Of a stretch of DNA of 64,000 nt, positions 24,675 through 39,452 are shown piece by piece. Each line of letters begins with the position of its first letter. Positions within the stretch are counted from its first letter, which is position 1. Origin of the DNA: Vicugna vicugna (taxonomy: Eukaryota); assembly GCA_013265495.1 (NCBI GenBank), contig MU061578.1:2799308-2863307 (forward strand), read 5' to 3'. The position numbers and the translations under genes were made by a program. The notes under the pieces were generated by a model. It searched no databases and was not told the origin of the DNA. It saw nothing but the letters and a program-made list of their open reading frames with translations.

Positions 24675-26041
24675 TCACTCTGTCACCTCCCAGGGCCCCT
24701 GACACCATCCTCAGGGACCCAGAGCCCCACAGACAGGGATGGACAGAGTGGCTCCATAAGAAGCACTGGGAGAAGGGGCCGGAACCACGGGACACTCTTG
24801 TGGATCCTGCCACCATGGGGAGGCCACATGGCACAGAGGTTCAGAGCATACCTGCCAAGGCTGAGGGCCCAAATTCAAGTGCCCAAGAGCTGTGTGCCTT
24901 GGGCAACTTCCTCATCAGGACAGAGGCAATGACAATAACTGCCTCATCTCATCAATTGTTGGGATTAAATAAGATGGTCTATGTAAAGCTCTCTGCAAGG
25001 ACAGGCATGTAGCATGTGCTCATTAAAACCAGTTATTACTACTAATGTTGAAAAGATGCTGACTGCCAAATAGAGCATAAGCACTAAGAGCACACACTCC
25101 AGAGCCAGATGGCCTGGATTCAAATCCCAGCACTGCCACATGCTGTGTGGCCTTGACCAAGTTACTTAACCTCTCTGTGCCTCCATTTCATTAAAACTAA
25201 TTCATTAGGAAAATGACCATTTTGCTGTAGCAGCTGGTCCCTGGGAGCCTGTCCATCCTGCCTTGTTCCCTTCACCTTGCCCACCCACTCCAAGGAGTCC
25301 CTTCATGACACCCTGACATCTGAGCCATCTGCGGAGCTTTCCGCTTCTGGCCAGGACCTTGACAGATCAATCCCCCACCCCAACTCTAAAGGACACCTCC
25401 TTTGGAAAGCTCCAGACAGCAAAGGAATTTAATTTTTACAAAGATCAGGATATTCCAGGATAAAAAGCTTCATTATCATATCCTGCCTGTCCCTCTGGGG
25501 GGTGACATGAGCCAAGGAGCTGGGAAGAGTCCCTGTTACACAAGAAGTGCAATGTCCACATCTGCGTCACCTCTTCAGTCATTGTTTCTGATAAACCATA
25601 AAGAAACCCTAGGAAGCTGCCTTAGGTTAAGAATGGTTAAGTGCCTTAGGGCACAATGCCACTGTAAGTATTGGTGTGGGACACTCAGCTCAGAAACAAG
25701 TTTGCGGGGAGCAAGAGAGGGGCGGTGGGTCACTGGATGTGCCCAGACACCTGCGATGTCCACCTGCCTGAGAGACAGTCAAGGTGGACCTTGGGGTGCG
25801 AGAGCCTGTCTCAAAGAGCCAAGGCCAGGAGGGCTGCGTGGCATGGGAAGAAAGTCCATGAGCCCAAGCCAGACGGAAACAGGTTCACATCCCAGTTGTG
25901 CCCCTTCCCTGCTCAGCAACCTTGGATGACATTACCACTCTGAGCCCCGGGTTCCCCCTCCTAAAGAACAGGGACGCCAAGACTCCCTGCCTCACAGGGT
26001 CGTTGTAAGAGTTAGAGGAGGACATTTCTGTAAAGCGCCTA

Positions 26042-26227
<186 letters not shown>

Positions 26228-26230
26228 TCA

Positions 26231-26446
<216 letters not shown>

Positions 26447-26466
26447 TTATATACGTTGTATGCATA

Positions 26467-27100
26467 CAATCAGTTCTTATTATTCCTGGTAGCTATGCTC
26501 TATAAAGTCACCTCGAACACAGAGTCAGAGAACACCGAACCCAGCTGCTGCTTCCAGGGGGAATACGGAGGTTAAGTTCCTGGCAGCCTCGGGTCGCGAC
26601 ACTCTTGTCCACTGATTAGTACGCAACTTAGTTTTACGTGTTTCTATTTAAGGACACTTGTTTAACTTGTGCTGTCGATTCATTAACGCTGAACACACGG
26701 CCAGCAGCGCTGTGCCTGGTGCCTGAATGCAGCTCATCTAACACACCTGTTTTCTCCGTAAGGCACATCACAGCCTCCCTGTACTTACGAACATAGACAG
26801 CGCTTCTGCACGACGTGAAATCACCACAAAAAGCACAAAACGCAAAAAATATGGCACTTCATAGACTGCAGAAAGGATACTCAATTCCAACAGGAGCTGA
26901 AACAAGGAGGCAGAAGGACACTTGTCCAGCCTCAGCTGGAGAGGGACGTGCATGTCGGATGACTCAGACTTTTTGTCACTCTGTGCGTGTCCATGAAGGA
27001 CAGTGAAGACACCTTGAGTATTGACGTGGGGGTTACAAATAAATTTTAGAGAGTAGTCAAGTTCACAAATATGGAATCCATGAGTAACTAAGATCGACCG
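26467..27100. mobile_element. TcMar-Tigger non-autonomous DNA transposon (MER2-like)
   Basis: Diverged terminal inverted repeats (caatcagttcttattattcctgg / ccatgagtaactaagatcgaccg), each flanked by TA. Confidence 0.65.
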
Positions 27101-27255
27101 TATATTGAAAGCAGGTGTGCCAACCGGCTCTTCAGGACAGTCCAGCACTCGCCCTAATCAATATATATGGATTTTTAACTAAAGGACATTGAAAAGTATA
27201 ATGGGCTCTGGCTTCAATGGCAGTTTAATTTTTAAAAAAATCCACAGATGATATT

Positions 27256-27703
27256 TGTGGTGGGTTGAACAATGTCCCCTGCAAAATTTATGTCCACCTA
27301 GAACCTCTGAATGTGATCTTAGTTGGAAGTAGGGTCTTGGCTGATGTGATTAGTTAAGGATCTCTAGATGAAATCGTGCTGGCTTAGTGTGGGTCCTAAA
27401 TCCAGTGACCTGGGGTCTTTATAAGAAGAAGAGAGGACACGGAGAGATACACAGTGAGGAAAGCTGTGTAAACACAGAGGCAGAGGTGGGGTGATGGGGC
27501 CACAAGCCAAGGAATGCCTGGGGCCACCAGAAGCTGGAAGAGGCAGGAAGGATTCTCCCCTAGAGCCCTCGGCAGAATCACTGCCTTGCTGACACCTTGA
27601 TTTTGGAATTCTAGAACTCCAGAACAATAAGAGAATAAATTTATGTTGCTTTAAGCCTCCCAGTTTGTGGGAATTTGCTCTGGAAGCCCCAAGACACCAA
27701 TGC
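27256..27703 (+). mobile_element. ERVL-MaLR solo LTR (MLT1C/D-like)
   Basis: tgtggtgggttgaa...ccaccagaagctggaagaggcaggaaggattctcccctagagcc...aataaatttatgttgctttaagcc. Confidence 0.8.
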
Positions 27704-27892
27704 AGCGTTCATGCAGTTCAAAAGTAGTGGTGGGCTGACCCAGCCCCTCGGAGAAACATCTTGTCTTAAGCCCAAACGACTACTCCAGCTCTGCCTTCTT
27801 CATGGCTGGGTTGCCACCTCAAAGGCATCTCTAGATGCCCAGAAGAGACAAAAGGAAAAATAATAAGATGCTAAAATGAAAGCGGGCATTCA

Positions 27893-28273
<381 letters not shown>

Positions 28274-28697
28274 CTAGGGTGGATTGTGGTGAAGATCTGT
28301 GAATTTGGGCTGCTTGAAGTCCCTGTCCTGTGAGGGGGGAGGCATCGCTTTTCTCTTGGGGAATTGCTTTTCCTCCCCCATCCCCAACACCAACCACAGT
28401 TTTAGTTGGCCTTGCCAATCATAGTACCCCATACCCATGGCCCTGGGGGTGGACACCATCCATGCCAAGCCAATCAGATCATTTAAACAACTTTAAATCA
28501 GAAGAGAAGGGCACAAACCCCTTTCTCTACAGAAGCAAAGGTGAGACTGAAAGCCGTGGGCAGCCACCACGCCAAGCCCAATAAGAAGGCATGTCTGAGG
28601 GGAATGAAGCAGAAACAAACAGATACAAGAGCTAAGGGGTCCCGATTACATTGAAGTCCTGGTTCGGGAAATCCCTGAGGCAGGCTGCATGGTCCCC

Positions 28698-29140
28698 TGT
28701 GCTGGGCTGAGTGGTGTCCCCCAAAATCATGTCCACCCAGAACCTCAGAATGTGACCTTATTTGGAAAGAGGGTCTTTGCAGAAGTAATTAGTGAAGATG
28801 AGGTCGTATTGGACTAGGGGGCACCCTACTGCCATGTCTGCTGTCGTTATTATAAGAGGGAAATTTGGACACAGACAGAGAACACACAGAGGGGAGAAGA
28901 CCACGGGAAGATGGGGGCAGAGATTGGAGTGATGCTCTGTCAGCCAAGGACGGCTGGCAGCCACCAGACACCAGGAGAGAGGCGAGGGACAGATTCTCCT
29001 TCAGAACAGAAGGGACCAACCCTGCCGACACCTCGATTCCAGGCGTCTGAGCTCCAGAACTGTGAGAATAACTTTCTGTTGTTTACAGCCGTGCAGTCTG
29101 TGGTATTCTGCCTCAGCAGCCCCCGGAAATGAGTACACCC
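28698..29140 (+). mobile_element. ERVL-MaLR solo LTR (MLT1B/C-like)
   Basis: cagaacctcagaatgtgaccttatttggaaagagggtctttgcaga...gccgacacctcgatt...ctccagaactgtgaga. Confidence 0.8.
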
Positions 29141-29719
29141 CACTTAGCAGTGTGTTATATGAGCTCATAATTACCATAGCCCCTTTTTAGGCCTTGTTGA
29201 TTCAAGCTGCATTCTTACCACAGAGAACCCAGGTCTAACTCGGATGCCCAGGTACAAGCGAAGACCCACCAGCACTCCTTCCTTCCCTCGGGCAGGTATC
29301 AACCTCAAGGGAAAGCCAGCCCCCGTAAAAAGGGCCCTTTCCTGAATGCTCTCTGAGCCAGACACAGCTCTAAGCGCTTTGTGTGGATTGCCCCTTGTGA
29401 TTTGCTCCAGGGGTGGCAGGGTATGCTAACACTGTGCCCATTTTACAGATGAGGAAACAGGCAGACAGATCACATCCCAGCCCAACACTAAAATGATGCC
29501 CATACCTACCCCGCAATGGGGGGATTGCAGGGAGGAAGGGCAAGTGACTTACAACTAAGCTGGAAGCTCTTATTCAAGAGAGCTGAAGGTCAGGTCCATG
29601 CTTGGGACCTACATGCATGGTGGATACTCACATTTAGGGCTTAGAGTCTAAAGGCAAAAAGGCACACGCAGTCAAAAATCAACCGTCGCAATTCATTAAA
29701 TCTCTTAGAAAAGCACAAA

Positions 29720-29945
29720 ACGTGGTTTTGTGAACACAGGGCAATAGAGCAGTGACTGTAATCCCCAAGGGATGTTGGTGATGTCTGGAGCCACTTTCGG
29801 TGTCACAACTGGGGAAGAAGAGCTCCCCGCCTCCAGTGGGTGGGGGGCCAGCAATGCTGCTCAACACCCTGTCACGCACAGGACGGCCCACCATAAAGAG
29901 CCGTCAGGCCTGGAGTGTCAAGAGCGCTGAGGATGGGAACCCCTG
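29720..29945. mobile_element. hAT-Charlie MITE (MER20-like)
   Basis: gtggtttt...atgtctggag...tgtcacaactgggg...gtcaagagcgctgagg...aacccctg. Confidence 0.6.
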
Positions 29946-30004
29946 CTATCAGTGGTACGCACAGAATGCACAAAACAGGAGATTATTAAAAGAACACAAA
30001 ATAT

Positions 30005-30115
30005 GGGGTGGGGGGTATAGCTCAGTGGTAGAGTACGTGCCTGTCATGCACGAGGTCCCAGATTCAATCCCCCGTGCCGCCATTAAGGGATAAATAAAAA
30101 AAAATACATTTTTTA
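30005..30115 (+). mobile_element. tRNA-derived SINE (camelid Vic-type) with TSD
   Basis: TATAGCTCAGTGGTAGAG...GATTCAATCCC plus A-rich tail; flanked by AAAAGAA(C/G)ACAAAATAT at 29988-30004 and 30116-30132. Confidence 0.85.
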
Positions 30116-30168
30116 AAAAGAAGACAAAATATAAGTGTCCAGCATTGCTAGTTACACAAGCTTACTTA

Positions 30169-30357
<189 letters not shown>

Positions 30358-31949
30358 TCAGGACAAGAGAGAGATGCTGCCTCGTCTACCCTTTCTGGAA
30401 CCCTTGCCTTATCATCCACCTCGAATCTGAAATGTAGTTCAAGCACACAGTGGCCCTTTCACCAAAGAGCCACTAGCCTTCAAATCCTCTAGTGTTTCAA
30501 ACCATTTTCTGGGTGGTTCTGAAAACTCGTGCCGGGGCAAGCCTGGATCTCATTGTGGCAGGTGATTTGTCCCTTTGACCCTCAGGAATCAAGATAATGC
30601 CCACACTCTGGAGGTGTCCCATCCTCTGAAGATTATTAAAATATGAGCTCATGTCTACTTACATGCATCATCTGAACGAGTTCTCCCAACACCCCTGGGA
30701 GGCAGGCATCACTATCGCTCCCACTTTAGAGAAGGCAAAACTGAGGCCAAGAGAGTTTCAATAACTCAAGTGGGTAAATGCATGTGGTGTGCCCCACATA
30801 AAAAGGAGGCAGTGGATAAATACCAGTTCCTTCTGCCTTTGCAACTTTCAGCCCCCTTGTGGGGTTTGAGGCTTTGGCAGACAAAGCCCTGACCCCAAAA
30901 TACAGCCCTGGAGCTGCATGGATCATTCCACTGTTCAGTCCCTTCTCTCACGATTGGGCTGTTCTGGGTGAGCGTGTGCTGGCATTTAGAGGTGAAGCTC
31001 CAAGCTGAGGTCCTGTTGCCCACTCTTAACTGCTGGCATGGCAGATGCTGGCATGATGACGCATCTCAGCATCTTAGCATCTCAGCAGTGGGTGGAGATG
31101 GTCCACAAATGATCAGCCCCCTTGGGCATAGCCCCTTCTTTGTGTGCAGAGGGAACAATAAGAAAACAAATAGAATGGCTGCATATCTATCAGCAGGACC
31201 CAGCAATTCCCTCCAAAACAAAAAAAGCCCAGGGCTGGTGGTCACGCCAACTGTGCCAGTAGGCACCTGGGTAAACAGAGGCAGAAGGAACACTGTGGAG
31301 GGATCATCCAGATTCCACAGCACCTCGGAGTGGTCAGAAGCAGAGATGCTGAAGACGGGAGGGGGCAAGGGGAGGGTGAGGGAGGAAATACGAGGGAGGC
31401 AAGAGATAGCAGCATCCTTCCGGCCTCTAGGCAGATGTGAGGTCTCTTTCTCCTTCTGAGCACAAAGGCTCAGTGATTCAGAGCAGAGTGGAAGGGGCAT
31501 GACCATGCCTCCCGCCAGCCATCCTGAGTACCGGCTCTGATCAGCACAGAGAAAGAAGGGAGGAGCTGGTGCAAAATGGGGAGGGCACAGGGCATGACCT
31601 GTGGAGTGTGTGCACAGGAAAGGGCAGAAGAAGTGCAGTGTTGTAAAAAAAATTTTTTTTTAATATTTTAGAAATGTACACACAATGGCAGCCAGCTAGT
31701 GCACACAGTTAATGCAGAATAAATATTTGTTAAATGAACAAATTTTGTTCTTCCTAAACACAGCCCCAAATGTGTTTTCAGTTACACAGCATAATTCTAA
31801 CTCAGGCAAGCCCTTATATTTCAGTGGCCCCAAAGAGAAGACTGAATCATCATGAGCACAAATGCGTGTAGTTAAAACTGGATTCGTGGGGTGTGTGCAG
31901 TTTTGTGTCCTAGCTTTTTCCTTTGCATTGTGAACATTTTCCATGCCGA

Positions 31950-32800
31950 TAAAAGTCTGAAGTATGACAAAGGGCTAATTGCCTTAATACTCAAAGAGCT
32001 CTTACGAAGCAATAAGAAGTTGATGGGCAAATAGGAAAATGAAGATAGGACAAGATCGGAATTCACACACACACAAAAGGGAAAAACAGTCACTAAACAT
32101 GAAAAAATAAAACTTGACCTCACTCATAAAGAAAGAAGTGGTCACCAATCTACCAGTGGTCACTCTTTACCTTTCAAAAGTTGGAAACATTTACTAATAG
32201 TTTTGTGGGAAGCTGGAGTAGAGTCAGGAATATGCAGTTACATACTCCGGTGGGATCATTGATGAGGAGAAACTCTTTGCAGGCCTAGCTCATACGACCA
32301 AAATTTTAGATGCTTATAACCTTTGGCCCAACAAATCAACTTTTAAAATTATATGCTATGTATATGGTCCTGTAAATATTTTTTAAAAACCTTAAGTACA
32401 AAGAGGTGCCTCATTATTTGTATTTAAAAAAATGGAAACAACCTACATGTCCATCAATAGGAGACTAGCTAAAAAACTAATTAAAATAATAAATAATAAA
32501 TAAATGTCTGTTAATAAATAAAATATGGTTCCACCACACCGCAAAATACTGCAAAGCGCTAAGACATGTGCACCAATACAGACAGCTGTTCAAGCAACAT
32601 TAGTAAGTGAAAAAAGCAAAATATCAATTGAAATGTATAATATACTCTCATTTATTCCATGTAGGTTACACATGTATGTGTGCATATCATGTACATATTT
32701 ATGCCCACATAGTTTCAGGAAACCTGTCATCACCTCCAGGGAGAGGAAAGGAATCTCACTTCCTACATCACATCTTCTGAGCAGTTTGAATTTTTTTTTC
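31950..32800 (+). mobile_element. Old, degenerate L1M (L1ME-like) 3' region
   Basis: AT-rich block with L1 3' motifs (ggaaacaacctacatgtccatcaataggaga, acattagtaagtgaaaaaagcaa). Confidence 0.55.
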
Positions 32801-33034
32801 TACCGTGATCATGCATAACTCATTTAATTTAAGAATAATAATAAAAACCAGGGAAAAGAGCAGCCCTGAGGCACCAGATCAGTCAATTCCTGATCTAGAA
32901 AGAATCAGTTCTGGCTCTTGGGTCAGAGAGGAGAAAAAACAAAGCAGCTGGAAGAGGAAGGAAGCCAAGTCCCGGGAGTGCACAAACCCACTGCGGCCCC
33001 GGGGGCAGACCTGGCCTTGGTGGCAGCGGACCTA

Positions 33035-33508
<474 letters not shown>

Positions 33509-33606
33509 TCAGTGATGGGTCTGAGATCTTTAAACCAAGCAGTGCATACTGTCCCTCTGTCCAGAGAGTTCACTGCACATGCCCAGGAGCATCAGGATAA
33601 TGACTA

Positions 33607-34029
<423 letters not shown>

Positions 34030-34169
34030 TCACAGCCTGACAACACCCAAGGGCAACAGGAGTACCAAGGGGCTCTGCGCAGAGAACAGTGCAAGGTCTA
34101 AAGCCTTAGAGAACAAAGAGCTTTCTCAGGAGGGACTGGAAGAAAGTGGGTCTGATAGTCCTGTCAGTT

Positions 34170-34330
34170 AAAAATTATATGCACATAATAATACACTTAA
34201 ATAAATAACATATTTTATATATCATTATAAATAAATGTTATACAAAACTATTGTTTTATATTTTCAAAATATTTATAATGCTATGTATTTCTATATTACA
34301 TATTTATTATAAATAAATATTTATATATAT
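34170..34330. repeat. AT-rich low-complexity tract
   Basis: Almost exclusively A/T (tatattttatat...) in otherwise GC-balanced DNA. Confidence 0.8.
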
Positions 34331-34739
34331 GTCAGCAAAGGCAAACTTTGCTGACAGAGCTACTATCCAAACCCAGGCTTAGCGCCTCTCAAACTTCGGT
34401 GGGCAGAAACATCAGCAGGGTGTCTGTTAAATATTCAGACACCTGGCTAAACAGGTCCAATGTGAGGCTTTTGAACCTTATATTCACAAGCAGCCTTGGT
34501 GATGCTGATCACCAGCTGTTGGCAGAACTCACTCTGAGAACTCATACCTCCCCAGACACCCAGTTTCCAGGAGGCCCCAAGAAGAGCTGGAGGTGTGCAA
34601 GGAAAAAAAACTATGAGCATTTACTGGATGCCTGCTGTATACGAGGCACCACACTAAGTGCTGGGGACAAGACAGATGAATAAGGCAAGGTCTCCAGAGG
34701 GGGAGGCTGGGCGAAGACACACCAAAAACACCTGCAGAG

Positions 34740-34905
34740 AGAGAGCAAATAGCTCAGTGGTAGAGTGCAGTGCTTAGCATGCACAGGGTCCTGGGTTTAA
34801 TCCCCAGTATCTCCATTAAAAAAAATAATAAATAAATAAATAAATAAGCCTAATTACCCCCCAAGGAAAAAACACTAAAATAAAAACAAAACAAAACAAA
34901 CAAAA
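34740..34905 (+). mobile_element. tRNA-derived SINE, longer variant with (TAAA)n, CCTAATTACC and (AAAAC)n tail
   Basis: TAGCTCAGTGGTAGAG...GGGTTTAATCCCCAGTA head with a compound tail. Confidence 0.8.
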
Positions 34906-35878
34906 AACCCCTACAACACCGGTAACTAACCATGGTTATTTCCCTGGAGTTATCACCATGAACACTATCGTTTGGGATGTCACATGGGCTGAGGGTCTTT
35001 ACCTACATTATCTTATTTGCTCTTCCCAGTGCCCAATGAGGCAGGTTCTGCTGCTGTCTCCATTTCACAGATATGGAAAGGTGGCCCAGGAAGGGGAAGC
35101 AACTGACCAATGTCACTCAGCAAGAACATGGCAGAGCTGAGTTCCATCCCAGCAAATGTCTCCAGACTCCTCACTGCAGCCCCCGAGGCCAGTAGGACCG
35201 GGCCCCAGCAGCCCCCATTCTCAGACCTTGCTTCTCCAACTCAGGGTCTTCACACATGCTGTTCCCTCCTATAGACTCTGTTCCCAGCCCTCTCATCCTT
35301 CAAATCTCAGCTTTGCTGGCACCTCTACAGAGAGGCCTGGGGGACACTGTTACCTCCTCTCATTTTCTGTAATTCTACTTGCTGGATCCCTTCTAAGCAC
35401 TTGTGACAAAGGTGTAAGGATATATTGATTTGGTTTTTTCTCATCTGTGTCTCCCACTGGAATGGAAGTTCCATGAGGGCAATGATCAGGCAGATTGCTC
35501 CACTGCTTGGTGTCAGGGTGGCTGCCACACAGTAGGTGCTCAATCAATATGAACTGGAGAATAATAATACTTATCATTAATTTTATTAAAAGGTAACATG
35601 TACACACAGAACTCAGTAGGTGCCAGGTACTGCTCTAAGGGGCTTGAATATTCTACTTCATTTAATCCTCACCACAACTCATGTGGTAGGTGTAATCATT
35701 AATCCCACATTACAAAATAAAGAGACGGATGGAGAGTTTCATGAAGGAAGGAGGCAGCGAGGCAGGGTTGCCAGATTTAGCCAATAAAATACAAGATGCC
35801 CGGGCATATATGAATTTTAGATAAACACTAATAACATTTTTGTATGTCCCAAGAAATTTTTGAGGTTGCTTAAGCTAA

Positions 35879-36287
<409 letters not shown>

Positions 36288-36609
36288 TCACTCCCAGACG
36301 CTGAAACCTCCGGTGCCCCGCCCCACACCTGCCCACCAACCAGAGCACGGATCCCTGACTCCATCGCTCTTTTCCCCACCTCCCTAACCGGGGAGCCCCT
36401 CTTAATTCTAGTCCCGGGACAACGCCCAGTCTCAAACCAGCCTCCCGGCCCTCGTCTCCCCAAGACCCGGGCGGGCGCCCACCCCAGGACCCCAGTCTGG
36501 GCACCAACACACAGTAGCCCCACCACTGCCTGGACGCACCCCCACACACATACCCTGTCCCAGGTCTCCTTCCAGCTGTCGGCCTCCCACCCATTGGGGC
36601 CCCTCCTCA

Positions 36610-37056
<447 letters not shown>

Positions 37057-37149
37057 TCACTTTTTGGCTCTAAATTTGGGTTTTTGCCCTCAGAAGGAAG
37101 AGTGGGCTTCCTTGGGGCATTTTTAAAGAAGGCATCTTTTAGAAACAAA

Positions 37150-37495
37150 CAGTTGACAAAACCAACACCCATTCATGATTTAAAAAAAAAACACTCGACA
37201 AACTAGGAATAAAAGGTAACTTTCACATCCTGATAAAGGACACCTACAAAAACCCCAGCTAAGAGGGGAGGATAATAGCTCAGTGGCAGAGTGCATGCTT
37301 AGCATGTACCAGGTCCTGGGTTCAGTTCCCAGTACCTCCATTTAAAACCAAAAAACCCAGCTAACATCATGCTCAATGGTGAAAGACTGAAGGCATTCCC
37401 CCTAAGATCAGGAACGAGGCAGGGATGTCTGCCCAGGTTGCTGTCCAGGGGGTTCTAACCAGGGCAGTTAAGCAAGTAATAGAAATAAAAGGCAG
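37150..37495 (+). mobile_element. L1 ORF2 fragment, split by the SINE at 37263
   Basis: caacacccattcatgat...cagctaacatcatgctcaatggtgaaagactgaaggcattccccctaagatcaggaac, matching the L1 ORF2 RT-region consensus. Confidence 0.8.
37263..37349 (+). mobile_element. tRNA-derived SINE nested in an L1 fragment
   Basis: TAGCTCAGTGGCAGAG...GGGTTCAGTTCCCAGTACC; near-identical AAAAA(C/A)CCCAGCTAA on both sides; the L1 sequence resumes after it. Confidence 0.85.
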
Positions 37496-39001
37496 TTCAG
37501 AAGTGCCAGGGTCAGAGCCGCTGGGGGGCGTGCCGGCATCTGTGGCTGACAGTATTCAAGCAGGGTTTTGCTCTGAGAGCCTGTCACAGCTCACGTGTCC
37601 CGGAATCAGGATCAAAGTGAGCTCCAAAAATAGTGCTGGCATCTGAGGACACACACCTCCTCCCCATCCCTTCTGGCTCCTGAGGTGGGGGAGGCGGCAC
37701 CACCCAGCTCAGAAGGGCAGAGGTGGGGGAGGGGCAAGGAGGAAATGCCTGGTGCCCTGGTGTCACCCCAAACCCCACGAGGCCAGCACAATGCGTCCTC
37801 CGTCAGGGTCAGGAGGACAGGGCTGCCTCCCTATGTAGAAGCTGGTTGCTTTGTACAAACACACCAGAGTTAGGATAACTCTCTCCAGGGGAGAATGCCC
37901 AATGGGGCTCCTGGGGGTCTGGGCTCAGAGGGCTGGCAAGGGAGAATTGTGTGCCCCCTGCACATCTCAGGCCTCCTTGAATCCTCTTTCAAAGGAAGAA
38001 ATGCCTTTAAAAGAAGGCATTTTTCCACTGAGGAAGGAGCTGCATTAGCAAAGTGAGTAGAGCCTGGAGGGAGGGGTGGGCAGGGGGCGGTCAGGTATCT
38101 GGTTTGAAGCCCCGCTCCACCTCCTCCCAGAGGACAGGCAAGTCCCTTCTTTCCTCTAAACATGTTTCATCATCTGGAAAATGAGTATATACTAGGTTGA
38201 GTATCTCATGCAGAGCCTGGCCCATAGTGGGCATCCAGGATTTTAATTCTGCAAGCAAAAGGGCTCAAACGGTGGCACAGCGCAGCTTTGTAAGAACTGC
38301 AAACAGCTCCCTCCTAGTCCCTTCTGAGCAGAGTTTCAGAACTGGTCAGGTTCAATTAGAGGCTCTGCTTCCTTCTCACCGGGTGAGCTTGGGCAAATCA
38401 CTTGCCCTCTCTGAGCCTGCATCTCCTCACCTATAAAATGGGCTGATGGTAAGGATGTCACAAGATCATGTCTCAGAATAATTGGCACAGGATGAGCCTC
38501 GACTCAGCTCCTCCGGCTGTGTGCTTTCTTCCATTTAATCCTCTGAATGCTGTCCTCATTGACAAATGAGGAAACTGGAGATCAGAGAGCCTAAGTAATT
38601 TACCCAAGATCACACAGTACAAAATGGTGAATCTGGATTTGAATCCCAGGCCAGTCCAGCACCCACTCCTTCATGAACCCCTTGCTCCGTAGCTTGGAAA
38701 CAAAGCAGGCATTGTCCCCCGGGGCCATGTGGTCATGATTTCTCCTTTCTCCACCCTTAACCCTTCAAATTCTGCCAGACAGGCCACACTGTCCCTGAGT
38801 GTGTCTATATCCTCTGTTCTTCAGTCGCTCTCCAGCTCCCCAGATGAATCAACATACTCAAAACAGGCCTGGATGCTCAGAAAAAATCCCACACTCCTTA
38901 TTCTGTCCCACCAGGTCCTGGCAATCTGTCTGTCCCACCAGCCCACCTCCCACCCCAGCCTCCTTCACTCTGCTCTAGCCTTGCTGTTTGTGGAACACAC
39001 A

Positions 39002-39452
39002 GTTATAAGCTGAATTGTGTGTCGTTCCCCCTACTCACCCCTAACAGAATTCATATGTTGAAATTCTAACCTCCACCACCTAAGAATGTGACAGATGTAA
39101 TTAATTAAGATGAAGCCATACTGGAGTAGGGGGAGGCCCCTAATCCAATATGACTGGTGTCCTTTTAAAAAGGAGAAATTTGGACACAGGCACACACACA
39201 GGAAGAACATCATGAGACAACGAAGGCACAGATCTGGTTGGAAGCCAAGGAACACCAAGGATTACCAGCCACACTAGCAGCTAGGAGAGAGACATGGAAC
39301 AGATTCCCCCTCATAGCCCTCGAAAGGATCCAACTCTGCCGACACTTTGATCTCAGGCTTCCAGCCTCCAAGACTGAGATAAAAAATGTCCTGCTGTTTA
39401 AGCCACCTAGTTTGTGGTACTTTGTTATGGCAGCCACAGGAAACAAATATAC
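39002..39452 (+). mobile_element. ERVL-MaLR solo LTR (MLT1B/C-like)
   Basis: ctgaattgtgt...ccctaatccaatatgactggtgtcctt...tttgttatggcagccacaggaaacaaatata. Confidence 0.8.
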